A stretch of DNA of 64,000 nt from an uncultured delta proteobacterium (GCA_963747845.1 CAVVGR010000009.1:137865-201864); one strand, 5' to 3'; shown: positions 51,411 to 63,430, numbered from the stretch's first letter. Notes: generated from the letters alone by a model not told the origin. Numbers and translations: made by a program.

Positions 51411-52751
51411 TTACGCGTTAAGCCGGCCCGGTTGCCGCTGGTCCATCGCGGACTCCGAATAGGTCGCGCGGCGAATGATGGCCGTCATCAGGGCAATGAT
51501 CACGATCGGCGCGATTGGGATTCTCACCATCTGACTGACGGCCAATCCGATGCGGGGCAGGATCCACGCCGCCAGCAGCATCGTCTTCTCGTACGGCAGA
51601 AATCCCTTTTCATAGCCCTCGATAGCCAGCCACGCGATCGGAAGCGCGAGCAGCATCAGGTCGTACTGCAGCACGTACGGGGAAACCATCAGGGAGCCGG
51701 CGGCCAGCGCGGCGGCTTTGAGCGCGAACGGGCGATCCGATTGCCAAATCCAAATCACCGCAGCGGCAGCGTACAGAGCGACCGCCGCCTGCAACGCATA
51801 CGCGAGTCCGACGCTTCCGCCCCACATTCTAATCGCGCCAAAAATCGTCTGCAGCGTATAGAAGGTTATCGCGCCCTGCTCGAGAACAATTTTCTGCGTG
51901 AACGGAACGCTGACGAGAAACGCATGCCAGGTTGACGCGCCAAAGACGGCGAACGACGCGGCCGCAAACAGGATCGCACTGACGGCGGTGGCGGCAAACG
52001 CGCGCCATCGGCGGGCTGCGAGCAATGCGAGCGGAATCAGTACTGCGAATTGCGGCTTGTAGGACATCAAACCAAACAGCATCCCCGCGACGATTGGCGC
52101 ACGGTCGAGAAGCAGCAGGCCGCCACCGATGAGCGCGGTGGTCAGGAAGCCATTCTGCCCGCAGGTGAAGTTGACGATCACGCCCGGAAATGTGATCGCG
52201 AGCCAGAGCCCGGGAGAAACCGGTACGATGCGCCGCACGACGGCAATGTAGCCGGCCAGCGTCGCAGTCTCGAATAGTAACCATGAAACGATGAACGGGA
52301 GCATCGAAAGCGGCAGCACCAACAGCAGATACATCGGCGGGTAGTGAAACCCGAGAACGCCGAAATCGGTGCCCATCACCGCTGCTTCCTGGATGTGCTG
52401 GAGATGAATGTTGTACACGGCGGCGGGGTCGCCTTTGAGAGCCGCGATCGAAGCGGCGTAGATATTCACGAAATCGCCGCCGATGCCGGAGCCGCTTTTC
52501 AGGATCATGTGATGCGAGTGGAGTATCTGAGCTATCGCGGCCACCAGATAGGCAAGCATCAAAACGCCCGAGTAAAACAGGATGCGGCCCCGTGTCAGCC
52601 AGGTCGGGTCACGGAGCAAACTATCGAGCCGATGCGCAAAACCCGGTCGGCTGTCGCTCGCCTGACGCGGTCTCGTTGGCGCGATGGAATGCGTGGCGGC
52701 GGCGATTTCGGGGCCGCTTTCTGGCGAGAGATTGTGGAGCGAGTCTGACAT
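51411..52751 (-). CDS. Glycosyltransferase family 87 / DUF2029 membrane protein
   Basis: GGDF, FHYPP, GQNGFLT, YKPQF, SPY..QYD. Confidence 0.85.
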   Translation of the reverse strand: MSDSLHNLSPESGPEIAAATHSIAPTRPRQASDSRPGFAHRLDSLLRDPTWLTRGRILFYSGVLMLAYLVAAIAQILHSHHMILKSGSGIGGDFVNIYAASIAALKGDPAAVYNIHLQHIQEAAVMGTDFGVLGFHYPPMYLLLVLPLSMLPFIVSWLLFETATLAGYIAVVRRIVPVSPGLWLAITFPGVIVNFTCGQNGFLTTALIGGGLLLLDRAPIVAGMLFGLMSYKPQFAVLIPLALLAARRWRAFAATAVSAILFAAASFAVFGASTWHAFLVSVPFTQKIVLEQGAITFYTLQTIFGAIRMWGGSVGLAYALQAAVALYAAAAVIWIWQSDRPFALKAAALAAGSLMVSPYVLQYDLMLLALPIAWLAIEGYEKGFLPYEKTMLLAAWILPRIGLAVSQMVRIPIAPIVIIALMTAIIRRATYSESAMDQRQPGRLNA

Positions 52752-53183
52752 GCAACGAAACCAATATGACGGCGCGAGCGACGCGGGTACATAGGCCGCG
52801 TCGGAGTCAGAAGCAATCGGCGGGCCGGATTTTTGGCATCATGGCAATATCTGGTCGGATGTTTCGCCTCGCTGGCGCGGGCGCTGGAGGATTCGAGTTA
52901 TATTTGTCCGGCGAGGCAGCGTCTCTAATCGGCCGCGTCGTGACCGATCGAAAATCTGCGCGCCTATGACGACTGAGAGACGAAAAAAGTAGCGTCTGCG
53001 ACAACCAGTGTTGCAATACCACTACAACCTGTAGCCCCCAAGTATCAGCTGGGTGAAGGTGCGCTGTGTATTCTGGGGCGTTCTTGGGCGATCGCATCTG
53101 GCACATTGATTGCTGTGTTGTACGAGGGGGGCGGTTCGGACGGGCGGGATGAACGGTGTCAACGCACTGAGGAGGGCGCGAGG

Positions 53184-53378
53184 ATGCTGCCAACGACGCT
53201 AAATGGAAGCCGGTACTCCGCACATGAGATTAGTCAGGCAGAATCCTCGCACCCTGGTAGACTGAGCCGCCTCCTTATTAAACTCCTTCCGCTTTGGTAT
53301 GGAGGCTACAGTCTCCAGACCCCGCGCCGCTCGATTGACCGCGAGCTGCAAGAGCGCGAGCCAATGGAGCTGCTGTAG
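53184..53378 (+). CDS. Possible 64-aa small protein
   Basis: GAGG RBS before ATG; downstream hairpin at 53425-53450; no recognisable motif. Confidence 0.3.
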   Translation: MLPTTLNGSRYSAHEISQAESSHPGRLSRLLIKLLPLWYGGYSLQTPRRSIDRELQEREPMELL

Positions 53379-53540
53379 CTTTCGAGTCCGTTTTCCCGCG
53401 ATATCACGTTAAGTCCCCGATGAGCGGCTGAGCCTTTCCGGGTTCAGCCGTTGGTCGTTGGGCGTGACGTTTGTGCTCGTTCCGGGTTAGATATCCACGG
53501 GACATCGCGAATCATCGAAAAACTGGACCCGGAGAATCGA

Positions 53541-54149
53541 ATGAAAATCTACGACTTCAAACTTGCGCCTAATCCGCGCCGCGTGCGTGTCTTCCTGGCG
53601 GAAAAAGGAATCAGCGTTCCCTTCGAAGAGGTCGATATCTTCAAGGGCGTCAACCGCCAGCCCGAGTTTCTGAAAAAGAATTCGCTCGGCGGAATTCCCG
53701 TGCTCGAACTCGACGACGGCCGCTATCTCGCCGAGAGCGTCGCGATTTGCCGCTACTTCGAAGTGCTCCATCCCGAGCCTGCGCTGTTCGGCAAGGGCGC
53801 GTTCGAGATGGCCAACGTCGAGATGTGGAATCGGCGTATCGAACTCGCGGTGCTGGTGCCGGTCGGCCTCGTCTGGGCGCATTCGCATGAGTTGACTCGG
53901 GCGCGGATCAAGCAGATTCCCGAGATGGGCGAGCAGAGCCGCAAGATCGTCGAGCAGCGCTACCAATGGCTCGACGGCGAGCTCGCGGGCAGGGAGTTTT
54001 TCGCCGGCGACAAGTACTCGATCGCGGATATCACGGCGATGATCGTCATTGATTTTGCGAAGTTCAACAATATTTCGATTCAGCCTGAGCTGAAGAATCT
54101 CACGCGATGGTATCAGGGAGTCTCGTCGCGCCCGAGCGCGGCCGCATAG
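53541..54149 (+). CDS. Glutathione S-transferase family protein
   Basis: APNPRRVRVFLAEKG, IPVLELDDG..LAESVAICRY, YSIADIT. Confidence 0.92.
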   Translation: MKIYDFKLAPNPRRVRVFLAEKGISVPFEEVDIFKGVNRQPEFLKKNSLGGIPVLELDDGRYLAESVAICRYFEVLHPEPALFGKGAFEMANVEMWNRRIELAVLVPVGLVWAHSHELTRARIKQIPEMGEQSRKIVEQRYQWLDGELAGREFFAGDKYSIADITAMIVIDFAKFNNISIQPELKNLTRWYQGVSSRPSAAA

Positions 54150-54151
54150 CG

Positions 54152-54535
54152 ATGGCGCGGCCCGGCCCAATCGACAAGCTGCGCAAGATCTGCCTCGCGC
54201 TTCCCGACGCCGTCGAGAAGGAGGCGTGGGGCGAGCCGACTTTTCGCGTGCGCGGCAAGATGTTCGCGATGTTCACGAACAACCATCACAACGACGGGCG
54301 AGTCGCGGTCTGGTGCAAGGCGCCGATCGGATTCCAGAGCATGATGGTGGCCGAAGCGCCGACGCGCTACTTCGTGCCGCCGTACGTCGGCGTCAACGGA
54401 TGGGTCGGCGTAAGGCTCGACCTCGACGTGGACTGGAAGGAAGTAGCCGGCGTCATCGAGCAGGCTTACCGGATGGCGTTGGAGAAGCCGGCGCGCTCGA
54501 CGCGCACGAGGAAATCCAGGGTCGCGCGCCGCTGA
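54152..54535 (+). CDS. MmcQ/YjbR family protein
   Basis: LRKICLALP...WGEPTFRVRGKMFA...FVPPYVG..GWVG. Confidence 0.88.
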   Translation: MARPGPIDKLRKICLALPDAVEKEAWGEPTFRVRGKMFAMFTNNHHNDGRVAVWCKAPIGFQSMMVAEAPTRYFVPPYVGVNGWVGVRLDLDVDWKEVAGVIEQAYRMALEKPARSTRTRKSRVARR

Positions 54536-54538
54536 CTT

Positions 54539-55036
54539 CTAGTCAGCGCGTCCGTTGATTCCGCAGGTCGGCGCGATGCCCATCTTCTCGTAGTAGCGCT
54601 GGTGATATTCCTCGCCGCGGTAGAATTCGCCGGCGGGCGCAATCTGCGTGACGACCGGCCGGCCGAGCTTGCCGGACGCATCGAGGCGCCGCTTCGATTC
54701 CTCGGCGGCTTTGCGTTCATCCTCATCGGAATAAAAAATCACCGAGCGGTATTGAGTGCCGACGTCCGGCCCTTGACGGTTGAGCGTGGTCGGGTCGTGA
54801 ATCTGCCAGAAAACTTCCAGCAACTGCTCGAACGACACGCGCGCAGGGTCGTACTGAACCTGCACGACTTCCGCGTGTCCGGTCTTGCCGCCGCATACCG
54901 TTCGATAACCGGGATTCGGCACGGTGCCGCCCGCGTATCCCACGGCCACGTCGACGACGCCCTCGACCGCGCGGAAAGCGGACTCGACGCCCCAGAAGCA
55001 TCCCGCGCCAAATACTGCAGTTTTGATGTTCGCCAT
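54539..55036 (-). CDS. msrA: Peptide methionine sulfoxide reductase A
   Basis: GAGCFWGVE, TGHAEVV, RQGPDVGTQYRS, EEYHQRY. Confidence 0.95.
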   Translation of the reverse strand: MANIKTAVFGAGCFWGVESAFRAVEGVVDVAVGYAGGTVPNPGYRTVCGGKTGHAEVVQVQYDPARVSFEQLLEVFWQIHDPTTLNRQGPDVGTQYRSVIFYSDEDERKAAEESKRRLDASGKLGRPVVTQIAPAGEFYRGEEYHQRYYEKMGIAPTCGINGRAD

Positions 55037-55179
55037 TGGCCTAATAAACGATCAGTCGCGGCGGGAAGCAAACGCTTTGCGCGCCCTACTCTGCCGCCGA
55101 CCCTGCTGGGCAGCTATCCAAACCTGTGCCATTATTCGAGCGGTCCGACAAGCACTATGGCAGAGGGGTTGACCTGGCA

Positions 55180-56040
55180 ATGAGAGATGGTCGTGCATTC
55201 CTGAAGCGGAAATCGGCTGTTAAACGCGTAAAACCTCTGGTGCAAGCGGCATTCGCGCTGCTCGCCTGTATCTATATATGGATACCCGCGCAGGCTGCCG
55301 CCGCCGAACTCAAGGTCGCTGCGGCGGCGGATTTGACGTTCGCATTCAAGGACGTCGCCGCGCAATTTGAAAAGCAAACCGGCAACAAGCTCAAGCTCAC
55401 CTACGGTTCATCGGGAAATTTTTACTCGCAGATACAAAACGGCGCGCCGTTCGATCTGTTCTTTTCCGCCGACATCAGCTTTCCAAAGAAGCTCGAGGCC
55501 GCGGGCTTGATTGAGCCCGGCACTATCTACGAATATGCGAGAGGCGAAATCGTCATCTGGGTTCCGAACGATTCGAAGCTCGACCTGAGCAAAGGGCTGG
55601 CCGTGCTGCTGGATCCGGGCATTCGGAAGATCGCAATCGCGAATCCGGTACATGCACCATATGGCGCCGCCGCCGTCGCGGCTTTGCAGCATGATAAAAT
55701 TTACGACCAGGTCAAAAGCAAGTTCGTGATGGGCGAGAATATCGCGCAGACTGCCCAGTTCGTTCAATCCGGCAACGCCGACATTGGTATTGTCGCACTG
55801 TCGCTCGCGCTCGCACCCGCAATGAAAACCAAGGGACGCTACGTCGTCGTTCCGCCGGACGATTATCCGCCGCTGATCCAGGCCGCGGTGATCATCAAAT
55901 CATCGACCAACAAGGAACTCGCGAAGCAGTTTATAAAATTCATCAAGCAGCCTGATACCGTGGCGTTGATGGCGCAGTATGGTTTCACGCTGCCCGAGGC
56001 TCTCGCGGCGGATCACGGCAGTATGTCCGCGCCGCATTAG
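55180..56040 (+). CDS. modA: Molybdate ABC transporter substrate-binding protein
   Basis: AAAADL, GSSG, GAPFDLFFSAD, ANPVHAPYG. Confidence 0.92.
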   Translation: MRDGRAFLKRKSAVKRVKPLVQAAFALLACIYIWIPAQAAAAELKVAAAADLTFAFKDVAAQFEKQTGNKLKLTYGSSGNFYSQIQNGAPFDLFFSADISFPKKLEAAGLIEPGTIYEYARGEIVIWVPNDSKLDLSKGLAVLLDPGIRKIAIANPVHAPYGAAAVAALQHDKIYDQVKSKFVMGENIAQTAQFVQSGNADIGIVALSLALAPAMKTKGRYVVVPPDDYPPLIQAAVIIKSSTNKELAKQFIKFIKQPDTVALMAQYGFTLPEALAADHGSMSAPH

Positions 56041-56046
56041 TCACCG

Positions 56047-56724
56047 ATGGACTGGAGCGCGATTTTCCTGACCCTGCGGCTCGCGCTGGTGGTCTGCACG
56101 ACCGAGCTGATAATCGGGACTCCGATCGCGTTATGGCTCAGCTTCACGCGCTGGCGATATAAATTTTTCGCCGAGTCCGTCGTCGCGCTGCCGCTGGTGC
56201 TGCCGCCCACCGTGCTCGGTTTCTTCGTGCTGGTCGCGCTGGGATCGAACAGCCCGATTGGCCGCTGGTACCAGTCGTTAACCGGTCATGGCCTGGCGTT
56301 TACGTTCGAGGGCCTGGTGATCGCGTCGCTCATCGCCAGCATGCCGTTTGCGGTGCAGCCGATGGCGGCGGCGTTCTCGCAGGTGGATCGCAATCTGATC
56401 AACGCCTCGTCGATGCTGGGCGCGTCGCGATTTCGCACCTTCGTTCGCGTCGTCTTCCCGCTTTCGATAAGCGGCGTGGTAACCGGCTTCGTGCTGAGCT
56501 TCGCGCACACGCTGGGCGAATTCGGCGTGGTGCTGATGGTGGGAGGCAATATCCCGGGCGTCACGCGCACCGTGGCGATCGCGATTTACGATCGCGTGCA
56601 GGCGTTCGACTATGCCGGCGCAAATCGAATGGCGCTGCTGCTGATGGCGTTTTCGTTCGTCACGCTGTCGATTACGTATTCGATCAATCACCGGGTGTGG
56701 GCGGTCTCGCCGATGCAGCGCTAG
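56047..56724 (+). CDS. modB: Molybdate ABC transporter permease
   Basis: LPLVLPPTVLGF, FAHTLGEFGVVLMVGGNIPG. Confidence 0.93.
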   Translation: MDWSAIFLTLRLALVVCTTELIIGTPIALWLSFTRWRYKFFAESVVALPLVLPPTVLGFFVLVALGSNSPIGRWYQSLTGHGLAFTFEGLVIASLIASMPFAVQPMAAAFSQVDRNLINASSMLGASRFRTFVRVVFPLSISGVVTGFVLSFAHTLGEFGVVLMVGGNIPGVTRTVAIAIYDRVQAFDYAGANRMALLLMAFSFVTLSITYSINHRVWAVSPMQR

Positions 56725-56727
56725 CGG

Positions 56728-57873
<1,146 letters not shown>

Positions 57874-57889
57874 GGAAAATACGAAACTC

Positions 57890-58492
57890 TTGCGTCAGAG
57901 CTTCGGCGGAACGATAACCGCGTTGATTTTGGCATTATCGGCCTGCTCGGCCTCATCGACCGCTCCGGAGCATCCGCAGCCTGTAGACGGCAGAGTCTTT
58001 GTGAAAACTCAGCTCGATCCCGGGATTCGCTCTGCGGCCTTGGCCGGCGGCCATCCGATCTCCCAAGATACCTCTCTCAGGGTACACGTATACCTAACGC
58101 CGCTTAACCCAGACGAATTCAATCGCACGCTATCTTCGACGGAAGATCCACGATCTCCGATGTTCGGTCATCAACTGACTCTTGGGGACCTCAAAAGATT
58201 CGAACGGCCGATTTCTGAGTACGACGAGATAGAGCGTTGGCTAGGTTCATACGGCATCAAGATTTTAAGTACTGATTCAGAAGCCTCCGTGCGGACTATT
58301 CGTACCGAAGGTACAGCCGGACAGTTCGAAAGGGCGCTAAATATCAGAATTGACGAGTCCGCTAATAACATGTGGTTCGCCAACAGCACTGACCCTCAGA
58401 TTCCGGAGAATCTCAATGGGATCATCGGCGGTTTCGCGGGTCTCGACAATCTAGGCGGATACGGTGGAGGACCGAAGATCGATGTGCAGTAG
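57890..58492 (+). CDS. Lipoprotein containing only a peptidase S53 (kumamolisin) pro-domain
   Basis: LSAC lipobox; DPRSPMFGHQLT...IERWL.SYGI...GTAGQFERAL...DPQIP..L.GII.GF.GL; no catalytic domain. Confidence 0.7.
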   Translation: MRQSFGGTITALILALSACSASSTAPEHPQPVDGRVFVKTQLDPGIRSAALAGGHPISQDTSLRVHVYLTPLNPDEFNRTLSSTEDPRSPMFGHQLTLGDLKRFERPISEYDEIERWLGSYGIKILSTDSEASVRTIRTEGTAGQFERALNIRIDESANNMWFANSTDPQIPENLNGIIGGFAGLDNLGGYGGGPKIDVQ

Positions 58493-58637
58493 CGTGCGCC
58501 GTCCGTCGTGTCTGTCGCACATATCCAACATGTGAGAGCTCCAAAACGCCGCCCGTTATGGCTCACTTAATTTCGAAAGGCACAAGGCCTGAGAATCCGC
58601 GGCGCCCAGTCCCTTGATCGCGGTGTTTGATCTGGAT

Positions 58638-58714
58638 TGGTGCCCCCTGCGGGATTCGAACCCACGGCCCCAGGATTAGGAATCCTGTGCTCTATCCATC
58701 TGAGCTAAGGGGGC
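58638..58714 (-). tRNA. tRNA-Arg (CCT)
   Basis: GCCCCCTTAGCTCAGATGGATAGAGCACAGGATTCCTAATCCTG...GTTCGAATCCCGCAGGGGGCACCA. Confidence 0.96.
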
Positions 58715-58849
58715 GACCTTGCTCAGAAACTTACCCCTCTGCGCGCTGCGGACCAATAGTGCGCCGTGCTGCAAGTCCCGGCGGGATTTCACGAGGCCGC
58801 GCGCTGTTGTACTAATCATTAGTCGGGTTGCGACGGTGGGAAATCCAAT

Positions 58850-60532
58850 ATGGCAGATGACAAAAATTCTCTGAGATCGAACAGCAGCGTCCTCGTCGAT
58901 GGGCCTTCGCGGGCGCCGGCGCGGGCGATGCTCAAGGCCGTAGGTTTTACTGACGACGATTTGAGCAAGCCGCTGATTGCCGTGGCGCATACGTGGATCG
59001 AGATTATGCCCTGCACGGCTCATCTGCGGGACCTCGCCGAGCACGTCAAGCGCGGGATTCGCGCGGCGGGAGCCACGCCGGTCGAGTTCAACACGATTGC
59101 CGTATGCGACGGTATCTCGATGGGGACGCATGGGATGCGCGCGTCGCTTATCAGCCGCGAAGTTATCGCGGACTCGATCGAGCTCACCGTGCGCGGGCAT
59201 CTGTTCGACGGCGTGGTCGCGATGTCGGGATGCGACAAGACGATTCCGGCGACGGTGATGGCGCTGCAGCGGCTCGACCTGCCGTCGCTGATGATTTACG
59301 GCGGCTCGATCCAGCCGGGCCGCTTCGGCGATCAACAGGTCTCGATTCAGGACGTGTTCGAGGCCGTCGGCGCGCATTCGGCGGGCAAGATGAAGCTCGA
59401 GGACCTCAAGCGGCTCGAGGACGTTGCGTGTCCGGGCGTGGGCGCGTGCGGTGGGCAATTCACCGCCAACACGATGGCGACGGCGACCGAGCTTTTGGGA
59501 ATTTCGCCGATGGGCTCGAACAGTATCCCGGCTACCGATCCGAAAAAGCCCGAGAGCGCGTTCCAGGCCGGGCGGCTCGCTGTCGATTTGCTCAAGCGCA
59601 AGCTCAAGCCGAGCCAGATAATCACGAAGAAGGCGCTCGAAAATGCGATCGCGTCGGTCGCGATGACGGGTGGATCGACCAACGCGGTGCTGCATCTGCT
59701 GGCGATCGCGCACGAGGCGGGAATCGCGCTCGATATCGACGACTTCGATCGAATCAGCTCGCGCACGCCGCTGCTCGCGGACTTGAAGCCAGGCGGGCGT
59801 TTCCTCGCGACCGAGATGCACAAGGCGGGCGGAATTCCGCTCATCGCAAAACGCCTCAAGGAAGCCGGGCTGCTCCATGAAAACGAAATGACCGTGACTG
59901 GCAGAACGATCGGTGCCGAGGCTGACGCGGCGCGCGAAACGCCGGGCCAGGAAGTCGTGCGCGCGGTCGGCAAGCCGATCAAGGAGACCGGCGGGCTGGT
60001 GATTCTCAAGGGCAACCTCGCGCCGGAAGGATGCGTGGTGAAAGTCGCGGGGCATGAGCGGATGTTGCATCGCGGGCCGGCGCGCGTGTTCGATTGCGAA
60101 GACGATGCGTTCAAGGCGGTCTCGGCGCAGAAGATCAAGCCGGGCGACGTCGTCGTGATTCGCTACGAGGGGCCCCGCGGCGCCCCCGGAATGCCCGAGA
60201 TGCTCGGGGTTACGGCGGCCCTGTCGGGACAGGGCCTCGGCGAGTCGGTCAGCCTGATGACGGACGGGCGTTTCTCGGGTGCGACGCACGGCCTGATGGC
60301 CGGACATGTCGCGCCTGAAGCGGCGGTCGGCGGGCCGATCGCGGCGCTCCGCGATGGCGACGTAATAACCTTCGACGTCGCGAAGCGGCGGCTCGACGTC
60401 GATCTCAGCGACGCGGAAATCAAGACGCGGCTGAAGGATTGGAAAGCGCCGGAGCCTCATTACAAGACCGGCGTGATGGCGAAGTATGCGCAGACGGTGT
60501 CGTCGTCGTCACGCGGCGCGGTCACGAATTGA
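58850..60532 (+). CDS. ilvD: Dihydroxy-acid dehydratase
   Basis: [51 protein letters not shown]. Confidence 0.95.
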   Translation: MADDKNSLRSNSSVLVDGPSRAPARAMLKAVGFTDDDLSKPLIAVAHTWIEIMPCTAHLRDLAEHVKRGIRAAGATPVEFNTIAVCDGISMGTHGMRASLISREVIADSIELTVRGHLFDGVVAMSGCDKTIPATVMALQRLDLPSLMIYGGSIQPGRFGDQQVSIQDVFEAVGAHSAGKMKLEDLKRLEDVACPGVGACGGQFTANTMATATELLGISPMGSNSIPATDPKKPESAFQAGRLAVDLLKRKLKPSQIITKKALENAIASVAMTGGSTNAVLHLLAIAHEAGIALDIDDFDRISSRTPLLADLKPGGRFLATEMHKAGGIPLIAKRLKEAGLLHENEMTVTGRTIGAEADAARETPGQEVVRAVGKPIKETGGLVILKGNLAPEGCVVKVAGHERMLHRGPARVFDCEDDAFKAVSAQKIKPGDVVVIRYEGPRGAPGMPEMLGVTAALSGQGLGESVSLMTDGRFSGATHGLMAGHVAPEAAVGGPIAALRDGDVITFDVAKRRLDVDLSDAEIKTRLKDWKAPEPHYKTGVMAKYAQTVSSSSRGAVTN

Positions 60533-60537
60533 GCTTA

Positions 60538-61338
60538 ATGCAGGAAATGGGCGGCGCGCCGGGGCCGCCGAGGTCTGCGGCCTCGCGCTCAGCGCGAGGC
60601 CGCAGACCTCGGCGCGCGCTGCTGGCAGCGTGCACGATGCTGGCGGTCGTCATCGGCACGCGCGCGACTCGCGCGCGTGCCGATGACGACGACTGGCACG
60701 TCGTCGAGCGCCACGACACCACCCAGTCGCCGGCTAACGCCGGCGCCGCCCCAGGCGCGCCCGCCGCCAAGGCGGCGGGCGGCGGCACCCTCATCGTCTG
60801 CGGCGAACAGGCCCGCCCCGCCGGCGAGCCCTACCAGTCCATCGTCGCCCAGCTCAACGACATGTGGGGAACCAACTTCCCGGTTTACGAATCGCTCAGT
60901 CCCGGCTCGCCCCACGCCAGCAGCGGCGGCTGTATCTTCTACAATCAGCAGTTCCTCAACGGCCTGCTCCAGCAGTGGATGCGAATCGACGATCCGGATA
61001 CCGTGAAGCCGATGTTGTACGCAATCTTCGCGCACGAAATCGGGCACCTCGCTCATGGCGACTTCGATCCCGGCCAGCAAAATGTTCCGATCAAGAACAA
61101 GGAGCTCGCCGCCGATCAGTTCGCCGGCTACTCGCTCGAGCGGCTGGGCATCCGCCGCCTCGATCCGGTGGAAGTTACGCGCTACTACCAACTCACGGGC
61201 GACGACTTCGTCGGCCAGTCTTCCGGGCATGGCAGCGGCGACGAGCGCACGACGGCGTTTCAGGACGGATGGCATCGCGCGGAAATCGGACTGCCTGAAC
61301 AAGGCACGCAGCCGGCGGGCGGACTCGGCGAACCGTAA
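60538..61338 (+). CDS. Secreted HEXXH zinc-metalloprotease-like protein
   Basis: AIFAHEIGH...ELAADQFAGY...HGSGDERTTAFQDG. Confidence 0.75.
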   Translation: MQEMGGAPGPPRSAASRSARGRRPRRALLAACTMLAVVIGTRATRARADDDDWHVVERHDTTQSPANAGAAPGAPAAKAAGGGTLIVCGEQARPAGEPYQSIVAQLNDMWGTNFPVYESLSPGSPHASSGGCIFYNQQFLNGLLQQWMRIDDPDTVKPMLYAIFAHEIGHLAHGDFDPGQQNVPIKNKELAADQFAGYSLERLGIRRLDPVEVTRYYQLTGDDFVGQSSGHGSGDERTTAFQDGWHRAEIGLPEQGTQPAGGLGEP

Positions 61339-61362
61339 AAATACTGGCCGAAAAGTTTTGAA

Positions 61363-62358
61363 ATGAGTGCGTCGACAATTTCCAATCCATCTCAGCCCGT
61401 GACCGATGCGATTCGCGCGCGCGCGGGCGCGATCGAAGCGCATGCGCTCGGCTTTCACTACGGCGAACGCGCGGCGCTCGCCGACGTGACGTTCGCAATC
61501 GCACGCGGCGAGATTTTCGGCTTTCTCGGACCCAACGGCGGCGGCAAAACGACGCTGTTCAAACTGCTCTCGACGCTCGCACCAATCCAAGCGGGCAGCG
61601 CGAAGCTGTTCGGTCACGATCTCGCGGGCGAAACGGCCGCGGTGCGGCGGCGGCTGGGCGTCGTGTTTCAGCATCCGAGTCTCGACGGCAAGCTGACCGT
61701 CGGCGAAAATCTCGCCGCTCACGGTCATCTATATGGAATCAGCGGCGCGCGTCTGCGCGAGCGCAGTGCCGCGATGCTCGAGCGGCTCGGACTCTCGCCG
61801 CGCGAGCGCGACCGGGTCGAGACCTTGTCCGGCGGATTGCAGCGCCGCGTAGAGCTGGCCAAGGCGCTCCTGCACGAGCCTGAGTTGCTGCTGCTCGACG
61901 AGCCGAGCACGGGGCTCGATCCGTCGGCGCGCCGCGAGTTCTGGAACTACCTCGAGCATCTGCGCGAGCACGATGGCGTCACGGTCGTGCTCACGACGCA
62001 TTACATGGAAGAGGCCGAGCGCTGCGATCGAATCGGGATTATGCACCAGGGGAAGCTGGTCGCGATCGCGCCGCCGGGCGAGCTCAAGACCGAAGTCGGC
62101 GGCGACGTGATCGTGATTCGAACGGCCGCGCCCGAAGTATTGCAGCGCAAGATTCTCGCGCGCTTCAAGCTCAAGAGCCAACTGGTGGACGGCGCGATTC
62201 GGATTGAAAAATTGCGCGCGCATGAACTGGTCCGCGATCTGATCGACGCCTTCGGCGAAGAGATCGAGTCGGTTTCATTCGGCAAGCCCACGCTCGAGGA
62301 CGTGTTCGTGCATCTCACCGGGCATCAGTTCTTCGCCCACACGCCGGAGACGGAGTAG
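61363..62358 (+). CDS. ABC-2 (DrrA-like) ATP-binding protein
   Basis: GPNGGGKTT, LSGG, LLDEPSTGLDP, PTLEDVF. Confidence 0.92.
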   Translation: MSASTISNPSQPVTDAIRARAGAIEAHALGFHYGERAALADVTFAIARGEIFGFLGPNGGGKTTLFKLLSTLAPIQAGSAKLFGHDLAGETAAVRRRLGVVFQHPSLDGKLTVGENLAAHGHLYGISGARLRERSAAMLERLGLSPRERDRVETLSGGLQRRVELAKALLHEPELLLLDEPSTGLDPSARREFWNYLEHLREHDGVTVVLTTHYMEEAERCDRIGIMHQGKLVAIAPPGELKTEVGGDVIVIRTAAPEVLQRKILARFKLKSQLVDGAIRIEKLRAHELVRDLIDAFGEEIESVSFGKPTLEDVFVHLTGHQFFAHTPETE

Positions 62359-62364
62359 GCGGCG

Positions 62365-63150
62365 ATGAACGAGATTTTTCTTCAAGCCGAGACGCTGTGG
62401 CTGCGCGAGATCGTGCGTTTCATCCGTCAACCGATCCGCGTGATGAGCGCGATTGCGACGCCGCTGGTTTTCTGGCTGCTGCTCGGCGCTGGTCTGCAAG
62501 CATCGTTCAAACCGAGCGGGATGCCGGCGGGGGTCGACTACGTACAGTATTTTTATCCCGGCGTGATCGTGCTGATGCTGTTGTTCACGGCGATTTTCGC
62601 GACCGCGTCGACGGTCGACGATCGCCGCCAGGGTTTTCTGCAGGGCGTGCTGGTCGCGCCGATTTCGCGCGCGACGATCGTGCTGGGCCAGGCGCTCGGC
62701 TGCACGACGCTTTCACTGATGCAGGGCGCGGTTTTCCTCCTGATGGCGCCGCTGGCGGGAATCCATCTGAGCATCGGCGCGATCATCGTGTCGCTCGCGA
62801 TGATGGGACTGATCGCGTTTGCGATGTGCAGCATCGGGCTCGCGATGGCGTGGCGGACGGAATCGACGCAGGGCTTTCACGCCTTCATGAACATGATCCT
62901 GCTGCCGCTGTGGATGCTGTCGGGATCGGTGTTTCCGGTCGCCGGCGCGCCGGGATGGTTTCAATGGACGACGCGGCTGAATCCGCTGACCTACGCGGTG
63001 AACGCGCTGCGCGAGGGACTGTATCTGGCCGAGCCGGCGTCGAGCGGCGCGACGATGCCAATGGGATCGTCGGTCGCGATAGCGATAGCCTTCGCCGCCT
63101 TCGCATTCATCCTGGCAACCCGCGTCGCACGAACAGCCTCGACGATCTGA
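62365..63150 (+). CDS. ABC-2 type permease
   Basis: Six TM helices; DRRQGFLQGVLVAP, NPLTYAV. Confidence 0.9.
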   Translation: MNEIFLQAETLWLREIVRFIRQPIRVMSAIATPLVFWLLLGAGLQASFKPSGMPAGVDYVQYFYPGVIVLMLLFTAIFATASTVDDRRQGFLQGVLVAPISRATIVLGQALGCTTLSLMQGAVFLLMAPLAGIHLSIGAIIVSLAMMGLIAFAMCSIGLAMAWRTESTQGFHAFMNMILLPLWMLSGSVFPVAGAPGWFQWTTRLNPLTYAVNALREGLYLAEPASSGATMPMGSSVAIAIAFAAFAFILATRVARTASTI

Positions 63151-63164
63151 TTTGCCGCGTCAGG

Positions 63165-63203
63165 TCCCCCTTCCCGTGCGGGAAGAGGAGCTAGGGGTGT
63201 AGG
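63165..63203. repeat. REP-like repeat
   Basis: CCCCTTCCCGTGCGGGAAGAGG..CTAGGGGT, reverse-orientation relative of the 33707 unit. Confidence 0.6.
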
Positions 63204-63430
63204 TCGCGCCGCATCGGTTCGCGATGAGATCCGAAGGCTTGCGTGACGACAGAAAGGGAGCGCTGCGCGATTTCGAAACCGGAACCGGCTTCGCTGACGC
63301 GAAGCTGTCCGAGGTCCTTCCTCCCCTCGCGATGCTCGGGTCGTCAGGATGACAGCATTCGCTCGCGTTGCTCGCTTCGGAAGGATGACGGAGCAAGCTC
63401 GCCTCTCGCGTCCTTGGCGATGCCGGCGCG

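Noticed and set aside
52807-53180. ORFs in the long intergenic region upstream of the GT87 gene
   Set aside because: Atypical codon usage, no RBS or motif; more likely a promoter region
55037-55179. Possible Moco riboswitch or ModE box upstream of modA
   Set aside because: No consensus I can recognise; would need an Infernal search
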